This document shows positions 25,908 through 36,072 of a DNA stretch of 64,000 bases, piece after piece (the first letter of the stretch is position 1; the number at the start of each line of letters is the position of its first letter). The stretch spans positions 256,542 through 320,541 of the IMG/VR virus record IMGVR_UViG_3300011113_000640; one strand, written 5' to 3'. The position numbers and the translations under genes are program-made. The notes below the pieces were generated by a model that ran no database searches, had not been told where the DNA came from, and saw only the letters and a program-made list of their open reading frames with translations.

Positions 25908-26612
25908 TCAAACGAATTTTTGTTTGATGATGTAATCTATTATAAATCGGTGGAATGCCGAATGCCCATCTCGTCCAAAATGCCAACTATTGGGCATGAC
26001 TGTTTCTATGCCTTGAGACCGTATGATAGCATCGTAGGTCTTTGTGGGATCATAAGGTGCGATATAATTTTTGCCCCAATTGTAGTGGGTTTTAATTGAA
26101 GAAAAATCATTGTTGCCATTGAAAAATATATGACGGATTTTTTGGCGTTCGAGCTCCTGATGGAATTGCCAGATTTCTTCATGCGCTTGTTGCACTTTCT
26201 GTCGCCAGTCTACATTTACAACAAACTCCTTGTATCTGGATTCCAGACCAGGCGGCACCCAATCCATGCCACTGGCTCCAATTTGATAGTATTTTCCATC
26301 ATACAACCACTCTTCGCGTTCCCAGGTGCTCCACTGTATGACAACCAGTTGATCGGGAAAATCTGCACCTGCTCCAGCCAGCCATTCCAGGGTGGTACGC
26401 ATGATGCGGCTGTTTGCGCTGGCACTTTCTGCGTCACAGCGAAATGCGGATTTAAGGGTAGTGGCCAGCAATCGACCCCAGCTGACTGCCAGGTTGTCTG
26501 GATGCGGTGCACGGCCTAAGTAAAATAGGGATGAATCATCTTCGGCGAAGGCATGTGGATTTACAGCTTCAGCTGCCGCGGTGTGACTGTCACCGTTGAC
26601 ATACAACATCAT
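25908..26612 (-). CDS. SGNH-like hypothetical protein
   Basis: VNGDSH, IQWSTWEREEW, WHFGRDGH. Confidence 0.6.
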   Translation of the reverse strand: MMLYVNGDSHTAAAEAVNPHAFAEDDSSLFYLGRAPHPDNLAVSWGRLLATTLKSAFRCDAESASANSRIMRTTLEWLAGAGADFPDQLVVIQWSTWEREEWLYDGKYYQIGASGMDWVPPGLESRYKEFVVNVDWRQKVQQAHEEIWQFHQELERQKIRHIFFNGNNDFSSIKTHYNWGKNYIAPYDPTKTYDAIIRSQGIETVMPNSWHFGRDGHSAFHRFIIDYIIKQKFV

Positions 26613-27259
26613 AACAAGTTTGTCTTGACATAGTTGGCCAGTTCAGTGCCCCAGGCCTGGTGACCAGCCACACCATAATGGAAAGGATCTCCGGCTATGG
26701 CTTGAACATTGTTGGCTTCAAACCACTTGCTCATACACCCATGGGAATCATAAGGTCGATAAAATGCACCATGCCAATCTTTGTGATCTGATAAATCTTT
26801 GAAATTGTCATAAGTGGTCCAGAACAAATGCGGAACGCCACGTTCATTCAGTTGTTCATGCACCTGATAAATTCTTTCATGCCATATCTCTAAACAGGCC
26901 TGCATGTAGTCTCTAGTCAAGGTGGTTTTCCATTGCTCGTATCGGGCTTTCATTGCTGCCGGGACACCAAAATCTGGGCCACCACACACTGAAATATTGT
27001 TGTACAACCAGGGCCATTCCTCGCGCTCCCAACTGGTCCAACCGATTAGCAGAAAGGTATCTGGACTCCAGGTTTCGTCAGATAGAAAATACTCTACATG
27101 AGTTTGTATCCAGTAATTGCTGGCACCATTTTTGCCCCAACAACGAAAAGGTTGGTTCAATGAGTCTGCAAACACAGGAACCGTGTTGGTAGAATCTATG
27201 GGTTGATCGGATTCAGTGCAGGCAGGATATACGTTGCTGTCACCAATGGCCAGGATCAT
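26609..27259 (-). CDS. SGNH-like hypothetical protein (paralogue of 25908-26612)
   Basis: AIGDSN, IGWTSWEREEW, FHYGVAGH. Confidence 0.6.
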   Translation of the reverse strand: MILAIGDSNVYPACTESDQPIDSTNTVPVFADSLNQPFRCWGKNGASNYWIQTHVEYFLSDETWSPDTFLLIGWTSWEREEWPWLYNNISVCGGPDFGVPAAMKARYEQWKTTLTRDYMQACLEIWHERIYQVHEQLNERGVPHLFWTTYDNFKDLSDHKDWHGAFYRPYDSHGCMSKWFEANNVQAIAGDPFHYGVAGHQAWGTELANYVKTNLL

Positions 27260-27645
27260 GATACTTCGCTCCTGCCGTCGCCGATGTTGCGAGTCTTGAC
27301 CACTCGATCGCGTTCGGGATTCATTGCTTCATACTGCTCAAATGTTTCCAAAACCACGTTACGGCACACTGCCGTAAACCAACGATCCACGATGTCTGAA
27401 TCGGTATCCTTGGCATCCATCTGATAACCAGCACGTATGAGATTGGCCACAAATTTGTCATTCCAGTCAAGTTCAAATGCACCAGCTTGCATGTTTTCAG
27501 GGTCGACTTCCATACTGAGTATGGTCACATAAGGCTCGCCCTTTTCTGTGGCCAATTCTTTTTCGCTTTTTTCTACTTTCTTGGGTCGTGGTTCTGCTTT
27601 GGGTTCGGGTTTTTTCTTTTTAAAGAAACGATCTAGTAGTCCCAT
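27256..27645 (-). CDS. Hypothetical phage protein
   Basis: 129 aa, GAFELDWNDKFVANL core. Confidence 0.75.
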   Translation of the reverse strand: MGLLDRFFKKKKPEPKAEPRPKKVEKSEKELATEKGEPYVTILSMEVDPENMQAGAFELDWNDKFVANLIRAGYQMDAKDTDSDIVDRWFTAVCRNVVLETFEQYEAMNPERDRVVKTRNIGDGRSEVS

Positions 27646-27652
27646 GGAATCC

Positions 27653-28888
27653 TTATAGTCTGGTATTACCGTAATGTACTACAGTTATTCCCGGTGCGTC
27701 AACCATTTTGCGCCATGGATCGACCACAACTGATCCTGGCAAAATTGGGCAGTATGGTAGTGTGTCTGGAGTATTGCCAGTGTATTCGTATGTGATCTTG
27801 CGATTGTGTGCCCATAAGAACACCGCAGGATAATCCAAAGCGTCTACCACTTCGTCTCGGTTGTCTGCAAGCGGATCGACATAGACCACAGGCAAGCCTG
27901 CTTCCTTGATATAAAATCCAACCAGGGTTGAGTATGAGCCAATGCAATATTCTACATCTGGCTTGTAGGCTTTACCGTGTATCACAACAGGCAAATTGTA
28001 TTTCTTGGCTTGTTCGACCAAAAATAATGCCAAGTTTTTTGCTTGAACTTCTCTGGCATGCATCACAGTATCAAACAGGTCGTATCCAATGTTGTATTCT
28101 TCGGCCAACCAACGCAGAGCAATGTTGTCGCGGGGATGGCATGCACCTGCATCGCCCATGCCGGCGGTCATGTACTTGGGTCCCATGATACGCATGGTGC
28201 TACGGGCCAAGGCATTGGTCACAACATCCACATTGATATTGCCAATCTTCAAGGCAAAGTCCTGGATCATGTTTACCAAGCCAACCTTGGCACTAATAAA
28301 TGTGTTGTAGAAAATCTTGATAGCTTCGCATTCGTCCCATGTGCCAATTTCATAGCGTGGATTGTTCTGCATGATGGTTTCATACAAGTCGTGAAGTTCA
28401 CCGGCAACACCGGTCAAACTACCATCTTCGGTGCCCAACATGATCATTTCTGGGTTGACCATGTCCCACTTTACACTGCCCATGGCAATCAAGTAAGGGT
28501 TATAAACAAACTCGTGTCGGGCATCTAATAAAGGAACAAACTTCTTGCGAGTAGTTCCTGGCAATACTGTGCTAATTAGCACCACTTTCTTGGGCGTGGT
28601 AGCGTACTGATTTACATTTTTAATAGCATCAACAACAGCATCGTGACCAAAGTCTCGAGGAGTCATATGGCTTGACGGAACACTGCCATCGTAGCCTTCG
28701 GCATGTGGAGTGGGCACTGCAATAAAGATCCACTCGCTTTTGTCGACTAATTCTTCAATGCTACATACTTTTACACTATCGCTGGTGCGTGGGTAAATGT
28801 CGTAACCGCGTACTTCATGCTTTTCAGCAAATACTTCGGCACAGTCTAGCCCAAGTTTACCTATACCAATAAATCCTATTTTAGCCAT
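27653..28888 (-). CDS. UDP-glucose/GDP-mannose dehydrogenase family protein
   Basis: GIGKLG, AVPTP, IKIFYNTF, AGACHPRD (catalytic Cys), AYKPDV. Confidence 0.9.
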   Translation of the reverse strand: MAKIGFIGIGKLGLDCAEVFAEKHEVRGYDIYPRTSDSVKVCSIEELVDKSEWIFIAVPTPHAEGYDGSVPSSHMTPRDFGHDAVVDAIKNVNQYATTPKKVVLISTVLPGTTRKKFVPLLDARHEFVYNPYLIAMGSVKWDMVNPEMIMLGTEDGSLTGVAGELHDLYETIMQNNPRYEIGTWDECEAIKIFYNTFISAKVGLVNMIQDFALKIGNINVDVVTNALARSTMRIMGPKYMTAGMGDAGACHPRDNIALRWLAEEYNIGYDLFDTVMHAREVQAKNLALFLVEQAKKYNLPVVIHGKAYKPDVEYCIGSYSTLVGFYIKEAGLPVVYVDPLADNRDEVVDALDYPAVFLWAHNRKITYEYTGNTPDTLPYCPILPGSVVVDPWRKMVDAPGITVVHYGNTRL

Positions 28889-28945
28889 GCGAGTCCTTTA
28901 TTCTTAGAGTGCTACAGACTAATTTATCTGGTATCTGTGTGGCCT

Positions 28946-29701
28946 TTAGGATTTTTTAAACACAGGTATGGGCAACATCTTGTGCAGGCTACGGGCCCGG
29001 ATCCTGCGATACTGTAACAACAGGTTGCGATCTGCGTCATACGCAGGGTCAACGCCCTGTTCATCCCAGGACATGGCACGCTCTAACTGTGCATAAGTGA
29101 GTCCGCCCAGCTGATCTTGATCAGTGCGACCGTCGGACCAAAGTCCATCTGTGGGTGCTGCATCAATGATATCTTGTATGATACCCAGTTCTCGTCCTAG
29201 ATCCCACACTTCGGTTTTCATTAGGTCACCAATGGGACTGATGTCCACGCCACCATCGCCGTATTTGGTATAAAAGCCCACACCAAAGTCTTCGACACGA
29301 TTGCCGGTGCCCACCACGATGCCGTGATTGTGCTGTGCTATCTGATACAGTGTGGTCATTCTCAATCTGGCTCGACTGTTGGCCATGCCCAACAAGTTGT
29401 CGTACGGTCCTAGTGTGGTTTCAAACTGATCAAACACTGGCGTGAGATCCACTGTTTCGTGTTTGACATTGCTGAAGTTTTCGGTGAGCCAAGCACCGTG
29501 TCTCAGGCTGAGATCATGCAGTTCGGGCCGTTGTCGTATGGGCATGGTCACTGCCGTGACTGGCATGCCAGTTTTAGCACACAGGGTACTAACCACACTA
29601 GAATCTATGCCCCCACTGATACCCACTACCAACCACTCGATGTTGTTGTCGGCAGCGTAGTCTCGTATCCATGTCGATATGTCGTTTGCAAGTTGTTTCA
29701 T
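28946..29701 (-). CDS. nadE: NH3-dependent NAD+ synthetase
   Basis: GISGGIDS, ANSRARLRM, GFYTKYGDGGVD, APTDGL. Confidence 0.92.
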   Translation of the reverse strand: MKQLANDISTWIRDYAADNNIEWLVVGISGGIDSSVVSTLCAKTGMPVTAVTMPIRQRPELHDLSLRHGAWLTENFSNVKHETVDLTPVFDQFETTLGPYDNLLGMANSRARLRMTTLYQIAQHNHGIVVGTGNRVEDFGVGFYTKYGDGGVDISPIGDLMKTEVWDLGRELGIIQDIIDAAPTDGLWSDGRTDQDQLGGLTYAQLERAMSWDEQGVDPAYDADRNLLLQYRRIRARSLHKMLPIPVFKKS

Positions 29702-29705
29702 AATT

Positions 29706-29939
29706 TTATTCCTTTAGTTGCCACATTAAATGCTCCTGACGAGCATGCCATTTGTATTCAATCACAGGTGTTCCTGGACCGGTCCAGGTAGCAATTCCAC
29801 GATAGGCCAAGGTTCCGGGCCATAGTCTACGTCCTGTGATCTCGCAGGTTTTGGGCCATACCACCCTGCACAGTTTCCACTCGGCCCGAATATAAAAACT
29901 GCCATTGGGGCGATTGATACGTTCTGGTATTGGACTCAT
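29706..29939 (-). CDS. Small hypothetical protein
   Basis: ATGA-coupled to the queE stop. Confidence 0.6.
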   Translation of the reverse strand: MSPIPERINRPNGSFYIRAEWKLCRVVWPKTCEITGRRLWPGTLAYRGIATWTGPGTPVIEYKWHARQEHLMWQLKE

Positions 29940-30811
29940 TTGCCCCAGCCGTTGCCCCACAGGTCCACATGCAATCTAGGACTGTAGTTCCAGCCCTGCG
30001 CACAACAGATGTCTGCTATGCGTAGTTTATTTTTATCGTAGGGTTCAACCACGCCACCCTGTGGCATCAAATAAATTGTGCCCTTAAATCCTGCACGGCG
30101 ATACGCATCCGTGGCACGTATGGCCTCCGCAATGTGCTCATCGGTTTCAACCACAAACTTCAAATAAGTGTGTCCGATGTCGGCATAGCTCATCACAACT
30201 TCGGGACGTATGGCTTCATCCCAAGACTCGCCAGAAGCCGACAACTTGGCACTGACACTAAATGTCAACGCTGACGGACCTTTCTTGCCCAATTTAGGAT
30301 TCAGGGTCCAGTCCAACAAAAAGTGTCGGAAGTCTTTGTGCAACTCTTGAGTACCATTGGTTTCAAAGGTGATGTTCTTCAAGTCCAACATTCTTGGATG
30401 GCTCAACAGTTCGCTGTAGGCACGTTGCCAGCCCAGCAAAGGCTCGCCGCCGGTAATTACCAAATGCACATCGTTGCCATTGTTCTGCATCCATGCATTG
30501 TTGGGTGTCAGTGCCAACATCTTATCCACAAGTTCTTCTGTGGTGTAGTTAGGACTGAGATGTTTGAATGCTGGATGCCACGATGCATAACTGTCACAAC
30601 CTGTTTCTACCAAGGGCAGATCATTGAATGTGGGATACATGTGAACAACTTCGGCCACATCGTCGGCACCTGTTGACTTTTCGCCTGGCTTGCATCCAAA
30701 ACCTGCACAGGTAAAGTTGCAACCATAGGTTCTCAAGAACACACTGGGCACCCCTACAAAACGACCTTCGCCTTGTAAGCTATAAAATACTTCAGATACT
30801 TTTATTTTCAT
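29936..30811 (-). CDS. queE: 7-carboxy-7-deazaguanine synthase (radical SAM)
   Basis: EVFYSLQGEG, FLRTYGCNFTC, ITGGEP, ETNGT, SPRLHVDLWG. Confidence 0.9.
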   Translation of the reverse strand: MKIKVSEVFYSLQGEGRFVGVPSVFLRTYGCNFTCAGFGCKPGEKSTGADDVAEVVHMYPTFNDLPLVETGCDSYASWHPAFKHLSPNYTTEELVDKMLALTPNNAWMQNNGNDVHLVITGGEPLLGWQRAYSELLSHPRMLDLKNITFETNGTQELHKDFRHFLLDWTLNPKLGKKGPSALTFSVSAKLSASGESWDEAIRPEVVMSYADIGHTYLKFVVETDEHIAEAIRATDAYRRAGFKGTIYLMPQGGVVEPYDKNKLRIADICCAQGWNYSPRLHVDLWGNGWGK

Positions 30812-31404
30812 TCACATCCTCTTGTGGCGTAATCTCTGGGGGCATGTTCATGCTTGCTGTGCATTTTAAATCCATTTTCTAACAACAAAGGAATGGCTGT
30901 GGCACACTTGCCACTCAATTGATTAGTGTCATAATTATAATAGGTATCATCCATAATTACAACCGATTGTTCATCTAAATAAGGCAAACAATATTCTAAT
31001 TGCAATCGATGTTCTTCTTGACAATTGGCATTGTTCATTGTTATTCCTCTTAGGGAATATTCTCTAATCTGTCGTCGAACCCAGGCAGGAATATCTACTG
31101 TATTATAAATCCAATCAAAGTTGTCCAAATATAAAACTTTGATTTTTTTATTTAGACCTGGCAAAGTGTTCTTGCACCAATCACTGCCGGAACTTGCCAC
31201 TACCCAATTGATTTCTGGATAATCCTGTTCTCTCTTACCGTGCTCAACATCAACAGAATAAAATTCTATATTGCGTTTTTTTGCCCACTCATACAACCAT
31301 ACAGAACTACCGTCACCATTCTCACTGCCAATTTCCAACACAATGTTGTTTTGATCAACAGTAAGAGTAGTGTTTTCTAATTTAGTATAAGGTTTGGTGC
31401 CCAC
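30808..31404 (-). CDS. Class I SAM methyltransferase-like protein (family member 1)
   Basis: VLEIGSENGDGS, LYLDNFDW, MDDT, GKCATAIP. Confidence 0.6.
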   Translation of the reverse strand: MGTKPYTKLENTTLTVDQNNIVLEIGSENGDGSSVWLYEWAKKRNIEFYSVDVEHGKREQDYPEINWVVASSGSDWCKNTLPGLNKKIKVLYLDNFDWIYNTVDIPAWVRRQIREYSLRGITMNNANCQEEHRLQLEYCLPYLDEQSVVIMDDTYYNYDTNQLSGKCATAIPLLLENGFKMHSKHEHAPRDYATRGCE

Positions 31405-31469
31405 TTATTTCCACCTCTCTCGCATTTTCATTTAATGGTTGTTACAACCAGATGCCAATAGTCTACCTG

Positions 31470-32018
31470 TTATCTTTGCCACCATGACTCCCAAGGAAAT
31501 ACAATCCAAACGTCTTCTTCGGCTTTGTTTATTGTGATAGCCGAATATGCGACATCTAGTTTACTTTTACTGCTTTCATTGTCATACAAGCAGGCCACAC
31601 GCACATTGTTGCCCCAGACTCCAGACCAGCGTTCGTGTTCAGGAAGACACCCACTGATCCAATCTTGTTGTATCCAGTTGAGTGTGGCACCGGTGTCGTT
31701 GATATCATCTACTATCAAGATATTTTTGGCATGCAAGGCAAAATCAAACTCGGCTAATAAACGTTCTTCTTTGGGCATATAACCAAAAGCATCTTCGGCC
31801 ATCCACAAGTTGCTTTCTTGTTCGGCACCATCACGTAGACTTACTTTCAGTGTTTCCATTCTGCACTCTAGATACTGGCTGATTAAATTTGCTGGAACCA
31901 GGCCGCCGCGGGTGAGACCAACCACATAGTCAGGCCTCCATCTGTCCAAGTTAATTTGACGCAGGATTTCCTGTGTTTGACGCTCAACGTCCTGCCAAGT
32001 ATGATAGATTTTTTTCAT
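31470..32018 (-). CDS. Type I phosphoribosyltransferase (purine PRT-like)
   Basis: VVGLTRGG, ILIVDDINDTGAT PRPP loop, WIVFPWE. Confidence 0.85.
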   Translation of the reverse strand: MKKIYHTWQDVERQTQEILRQINLDRWRPDYVVGLTRGGLVPANLISQYLECRMETLKVSLRDGAEQESNLWMAEDAFGYMPKEERLLAEFDFALHAKNILIVDDINDTGATLNWIQQDWISGCLPEHERWSGVWGNNVRVACLYDNESSKSKLDVAYSAITINKAEEDVWIVFPWESWWQR

Positions 32019-32023
32019 ACTTT

Positions 32024-32053
32024 ATTATACAATAATCCAAGGTGAGTTGTCAA
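32024..32053 (-). promoter_or_regulatory. Sigma70 promoter for the PRTase-queE-nadE operon
   Basis: TTGACA-18 bp-TATAAT. Confidence 0.7.
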
Positions 32054-32992
32054 TTAACGTGTGAGCCATTTGGGATTGTCTTGATACCATTCAACTGTTT
32101 CGGTCAGACGTTGTTCAAATGATCTGGGTGCTTGCCATCCTAAACTGTACAATTTTTCCGGATTCACACTGAAACACAAGTCGTGTCCAGGACGATCAAC
32201 TGGAACTAAACGATAAGATAATTCGCAACCCATTATCTGGGCAATGTGTTGGGCAAACTCAAGATTGTTGATAAACTTGTTGCCGGCACTGTTCCATTTT
32301 TCACAACGAGCGGACTGTGTTTCTAATATAAATCTAGTATGGCTGGCCACATCGCCGGCATAGAACCAACGACGTCCGCCAATCAATTCACTAGGCCCTA
32401 CGTGTATGTCCAAGGTTTCATTGTTGAGTACTTTGCGTATGATAATCACCGGCAAGCGATTGCTTTGACAACGTGGACCAAAGGTATTGTTGATGTGTAT
32501 GATGCTGGCAGGAACAGCAAACGAGTTGGCATAGGCCAGACACAATTCTTCACCAGCGGCTTTGCCGGCCGCATAAGGGCTATTGCTGTTGTAGGCATCT
32601 GTGAGTTGGCTGTCTTGACCAATGGTCACGGGTCCGTAAACTTCGCCCGAACTGTAATACATGAATCGTTGCGTGCCAGTGTGTCGGGCATGTTCCAGCA
32701 GATTCAGTGTGCCCAACACATTGTCCATGATGGATGCGGTCGGGTTACTAAGACTGTCAGCAGCACTGGGATTGGCACCAGCATGCAGTATGATATCAGC
32801 GGCCGGCAGACCCGTACAAGGGTTTTTGATATCGTGTTCGATGATTTCGACGCTGTCAATCAAGTGTTGTAGCCGATCCATGTTGGTGGTTCCTGGACGC
32901 ACCACGCATATCACACGATGATCTCTGACAAATTCTTCCGCCAGGTAATGACCGATGAATCCATTGGCCCCGGTGATCAATACTGTTTTCAT
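32054..32992 (-). CDS. NAD-dependent epimerase/dehydratase (4,6-dehydratase-like)
   Basis: TGANGFIG, SPYAAGK, RPGHD; start MKTVLIT. Confidence 0.88.
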   Translation of the reverse strand: MKTVLITGANGFIGHYLAEEFVRDHRVICVVRPGTTNMDRLQHLIDSVEIIEHDIKNPCTGLPAADIILHAGANPSAADSLSNPTASIMDNVLGTLNLLEHARHTGTQRFMYYSSGEVYGPVTIGQDSQLTDAYNSNSPYAAGKAAGEELCLAYANSFAVPASIIHINNTFGPRCQSNRLPVIIIRKVLNNETLDIHVGPSELIGGRRWFYAGDVASHTRFILETQSARCEKWNSAGNKFINNLEFAQHIAQIMGCELSYRLVPVDRPGHDLCFSVNPEKLYSLGWQAPRSFEQRLTETVEWYQDNPKWLTR

Positions 32993-33672
32993 TGTGTCCA
33001 CTTGTATATGATATCGGTGTCTTTGACTAGCACTTTTTCGTATTCCAACTCTGCGAAAAAGACATCCATCATGTCTTGGCTTATGCCATATCTTTTGGCC
33101 CAGGGTTCGCACCATTCAATCATGACGACGGGATGGAACTTTTCAATGGTGTTTTTGGCTCCCATCAAGGCAAAATATTCATAGCCTTCAATATCCAATT
33201 GTATAAGATCACAGGCCGGCAAGTTTATTTCATCAATGATCACAGTGGGCACATTGCCGGCCTGTGTGCCCACATGGATGGCACCTGCATCTTGACCGCG
33301 ATTTATTTCAACAAACTTGTGTTCGTTGCCCACGCAGGCCTGTGTTTTTATCACATTGGAGTCGCAATTCAAGGTCAGGCACATGAAATTCATTGGATCC
33401 GGTTCAAAAGTGTACACCGTACCAAATCTTTTGCTGAACTGGCGCACAAGTTGGCCACAGTTACCACCGGCCTGCACCATCACACCAGGAGAATCCACAT
33501 GGGTCATCAGCAGGTCAAGAAATTCTGGTTCTATGCGGTACTGGTGCATGTAATTCCAACAGGCCCGGTCGTAACGAGGCCACCACAGATCTTTTAGTTC
33601 GACATGCGGCGAATCGTGTCTGAGCTCGATTAATTCACCCAGATTACCAGGAATGGTTTTATAATCGTCCAT
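32989..33672 (-). CDS. FkbM family methyltransferase
   Basis: QAGGNCG, YTFEPD, LIQLDIEGYE. Confidence 0.88.
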   Translation of the reverse strand: MDDYKTIPGNLGELIELRHDSPHVELKDLWWPRYDRACWNYMHQYRIEPEFLDLLMTHVDSPGVMVQAGGNCGQLVRQFSKRFGTVYTFEPDPMNFMCLTLNCDSNVIKTQACVGNEHKFVEINRGQDAGAIHVGTQAGNVPTVIIDEINLPACDLIQLDIEGYEYFALMGAKNTIEKFHPVVMIEWCEPWAKRYGISQDMMDVFFAELEYEKVLVKDTDIIYKWTQ

Positions 33673-34151
33673 CAGGTCCTTCGCACATTCAAATAAGCTG
33701 GTTGATTGCTGTACAAAAATTCACTCCAAACAGATTCTAATTCTTCAACAGTGTTAGGCTGATAAATTTTGATGTTAGGGAACACTTCAACAGCACGAAC
33801 AGCATCTTCGGCCCAGTGACTGAAACCCAAATGACCATAGTCCTGATCACGGCCGACTCCTACCAGTTTGACCGGTGCAAGTTCATGATCAAGATAGTTG
33901 CGTAGCCACTCATAAGGGCGGAAGATCACAAACGGAGTAATGCTGTAACACACAGGTATCTTGCCGCAATGAGTAAGTCCTACAGCAGTTCCCAGCATGA
34001 GTTGTTCTGCAGCACCTACATTAAGAGCACGGTCTGGTGCTACTTCTCTTGATCGATTAAGCACACCAAACCCAAGATCACCTGATAACAACCATACATC
34101 GGGATCTTTGGCCAATGAGTCAGCCATGAGTTCACCAAATCTATTTCTCAT
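33672..34151 (-). CDS. Transketolase-like protein, pyrimidine-binding subunit
   Basis: LSGDLG, NVGAAEQ, FSH motif. Confidence 0.85.
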   Translation of the reverse strand: MRNRFGELMADSLAKDPDVWLLSGDLGFGVLNRSREVAPDRALNVGAAEQLMLGTAVGLTHCGKIPVCYSITPFVIFRPYEWLRNYLDHELAPVKLVGVGRDQDYGHLGFSHWAEDAVRAVEVFPNIKIYQPNTVEELESVWSEFLYSNQPAYLNVRRT

Positions 34152-34756
34152 AGTTGCTCTAGATCCTCGGGTTTGAGCACATAGTAGTGCGTGAGTATGC
34201 CCTTGGCAAACGACCAATCCGGTGGCGCAGTTTCACGTATGTTGATTCTTGGCAAAAATGCCCGCAACCTACGGATGATATATTCTTTGTCGATAAAGTC
34301 ATAGGCAATCATGCCATTGACATTGACGTATACTTCTAAATTGTCTAACTTGGCTTCGTAGATAAAACGTAATGCTTCCCATATACTTCCTTCACCACAC
34401 TCACCGTCACTGATCAAACAATGCACTCGACGAGTACGATCAGCCAGAGCATATCCACAAGCCACAGTAAGGCCCATGCCTAAACTACCAGAGCTACAAG
34501 GCAGTCCGTCTTCGATGTTTCTGTGTGGATGGACTCCGTGTTTGTGAAATAAGTGTTCAGCATCTTTGCCAAGATATTTTTCTAAAATCACGTACCAAGC
34601 CAGGGCCGCGTGACCAGAACTTAAGATAAACGGTTCGTTGGGTTGTCGATTTTTGTAAATTTCTTCAATGATATTGACAGCATTAAGATTGGAACTTAGA
34701 TGTCCAATCTTTTCTCGATAGCTGATATCAATGATTCTTTGTTCAACGTCGTTCAT
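34148..34756 (-). CDS. Transketolase-like protein, N-terminal TPP-binding subunit
   Basis: GHLSS, LSSGHA, GSLGMG, SDGECGEGSIWE...N TPP motif. Confidence 0.88.
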   Translation of the reverse strand: MNDVEQRIIDISYREKIGHLSSNLNAVNIIEEIYKNRQPNEPFILSSGHAALAWYVILEKYLGKDAEHLFHKHGVHPHRNIEDGLPCSSGSLGMGLTVACGYALADRTRRVHCLISDGECGEGSIWEALRFIYEAKLDNLEVYVNVNGMIAYDFIDKEYIIRRLRAFLPRINIRETAPPDWSFAKGILTHYYVLKPEDLEQL

Positions 34757-36072
34757 AGATATAAACTCATAAATCCATCAACCTTTTCTCCAATGTACTC
34801 AATCTGTTCAGGAGTAATAACTGGACTGCATCCATGGAAGTAGGTATTCTTCATTGTGAATGTGGCCACAGGATAATTGTCACGTGCTGCCACAGGATCC
34901 ATCAAATGACTATACGCAGGTTGCAACATGATGTTGCCAGCAAAGTATGGGCGTGTCTGTATCAAGTTTTCTTCAAGATAATCAACAATGTCCATGCGTG
35001 AGAACGGAGCATCCGCACGTATGGTCAATGGGAAAGCAAACCAACTGACATCGGCTTTGTCTCTGGCACGTGGCAAGTGGAAAAACTGTTCATACTTTTC
35101 ATAGATGGCAAACAATAGATTGTAGTTGCGTTGACGTAAAGCATGTATCTCTGGCAATTTTTTAAGTTGCTCAAGTCCCATGGCTGCTTGTAGTTCAATG
35201 GGTTTTAAGTTATAACCAATTTCATCATACACATACTTGTGATCAAAAATCTGATCTGGCATTTCTGGTATCCACTCATTGAATCGCTTGCCACAGGTGC
35301 CACATTTTAATTTGTTGGCCTCGGGTCCTACGCAATAGCAACCGCGTCCCCACTCACGCAGGCTACGCACAATGATTTCTTGTTGTGGATCATTCATGGC
35401 CACAAAGCCACCTTCGCCCATGGTCATGTGATGTGCCGGATAAAAACTGCATGACGCCATTTCACCAAAGCTACCTAACGGCTTGCCGTCATAGGTTGTG
35501 CCTAGTCCATCACAGCAGTCTTCAAGCAGAACAAGATTGTACTTGTTAACTAGTTCCATAACCCGGTCCATATTAGGTGGATTGCCTAAAACATGAGCAA
35601 AGGTAATAATCTTAATATCTGTATCTGCCGCAAGCAAACGCTCTGCATGGTCCAAATCAATGTTTAGTGTATCAATTTCAATATCACAGAACACTGGCGT
35701 AAATCCATTTTGCAAGGTTGGATTCAGTGTGGTTGGAAATCCTGCGATTGGCATCAGTACTTTGGTGCCGGGTGGAAAATTATGTCCACGCTTGCTTTTC
35801 ATGGCGGTCATCATCAAGAGATTTGCGCTACTACCACTGTTGGTAAGCACGCCGCGTGTCTTGCCAAACTCCCTAGGAAATTTTTGTTCAAAGCGCAGGC
35901 TTTTGTTGCCCATGACCAGCCACCCATTAAGCAAGGCTTCTGCGGCCGCCACATACTCGTCGGATGAAAAATGCGGGCCAGCATAATTAACAAAGTCTTT
36001 GCCGGCCACCCAGGTTTTGTCTGCCTGTTTGGCGTCAATGTACTGTTTAATCAAGTTTAAAATTTCATTCAT
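34753..36072 (-). CDS. rfbH: CDP-4-keto-6-deoxy-D-glucose 3-dehydratase (RfbH/DdhC-like)
   Basis: NSGSSANLL, SFYPAHHMTMGEGG, EWGRGCYC, HKYVYDEIGYNLK, TRPYFAGN. Confidence 0.88.
   Translation of the reverse strand: MNEILNLIKQYIDAKQADKTWVAGKDFVNYAGPHFSSDEYVAAAEALLNGWLVMGNKSLRFEQKFPREFGKTRGVLTNSGSSANLLMMTAMKSKRGHNFPPGTKVLMPIAGFPTTLNPTLQNGFTPVFCDIEIDTLNIDLDHAERLLAADTDIKIITFAHVLGNPPNMDRVMELVNKYNLVLLEDCCDGLGTTYDGKPLGSFGEMASCSFYPAHHMTMGEGGFVAMNDPQQEIIVRSLREWGRGCYCVGPEANKLKCGTCGKRFNEWIPEMPDQIFDHKYVYDEIGYNLKPIELQAAMGLEQLKKLPEIHALRQRNYNLLFAIYEKYEQFFHLPRARDKADVSWFAFPLTIRADAPFSRMDIVDYLEENLIQTRPYFAGNIMLQPAYSHLMDPVAARDNYPVATFTMKNTYFHGCSPVITPEQIEYIGEKVDGFMSLYL

Noticed and set aside
28946-29701. NadE-like protein as a CDG amidase replacing QueC
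   Set aside because: All canonical NAD synthetase motifs are retained; proximity to queE alone is insufficient
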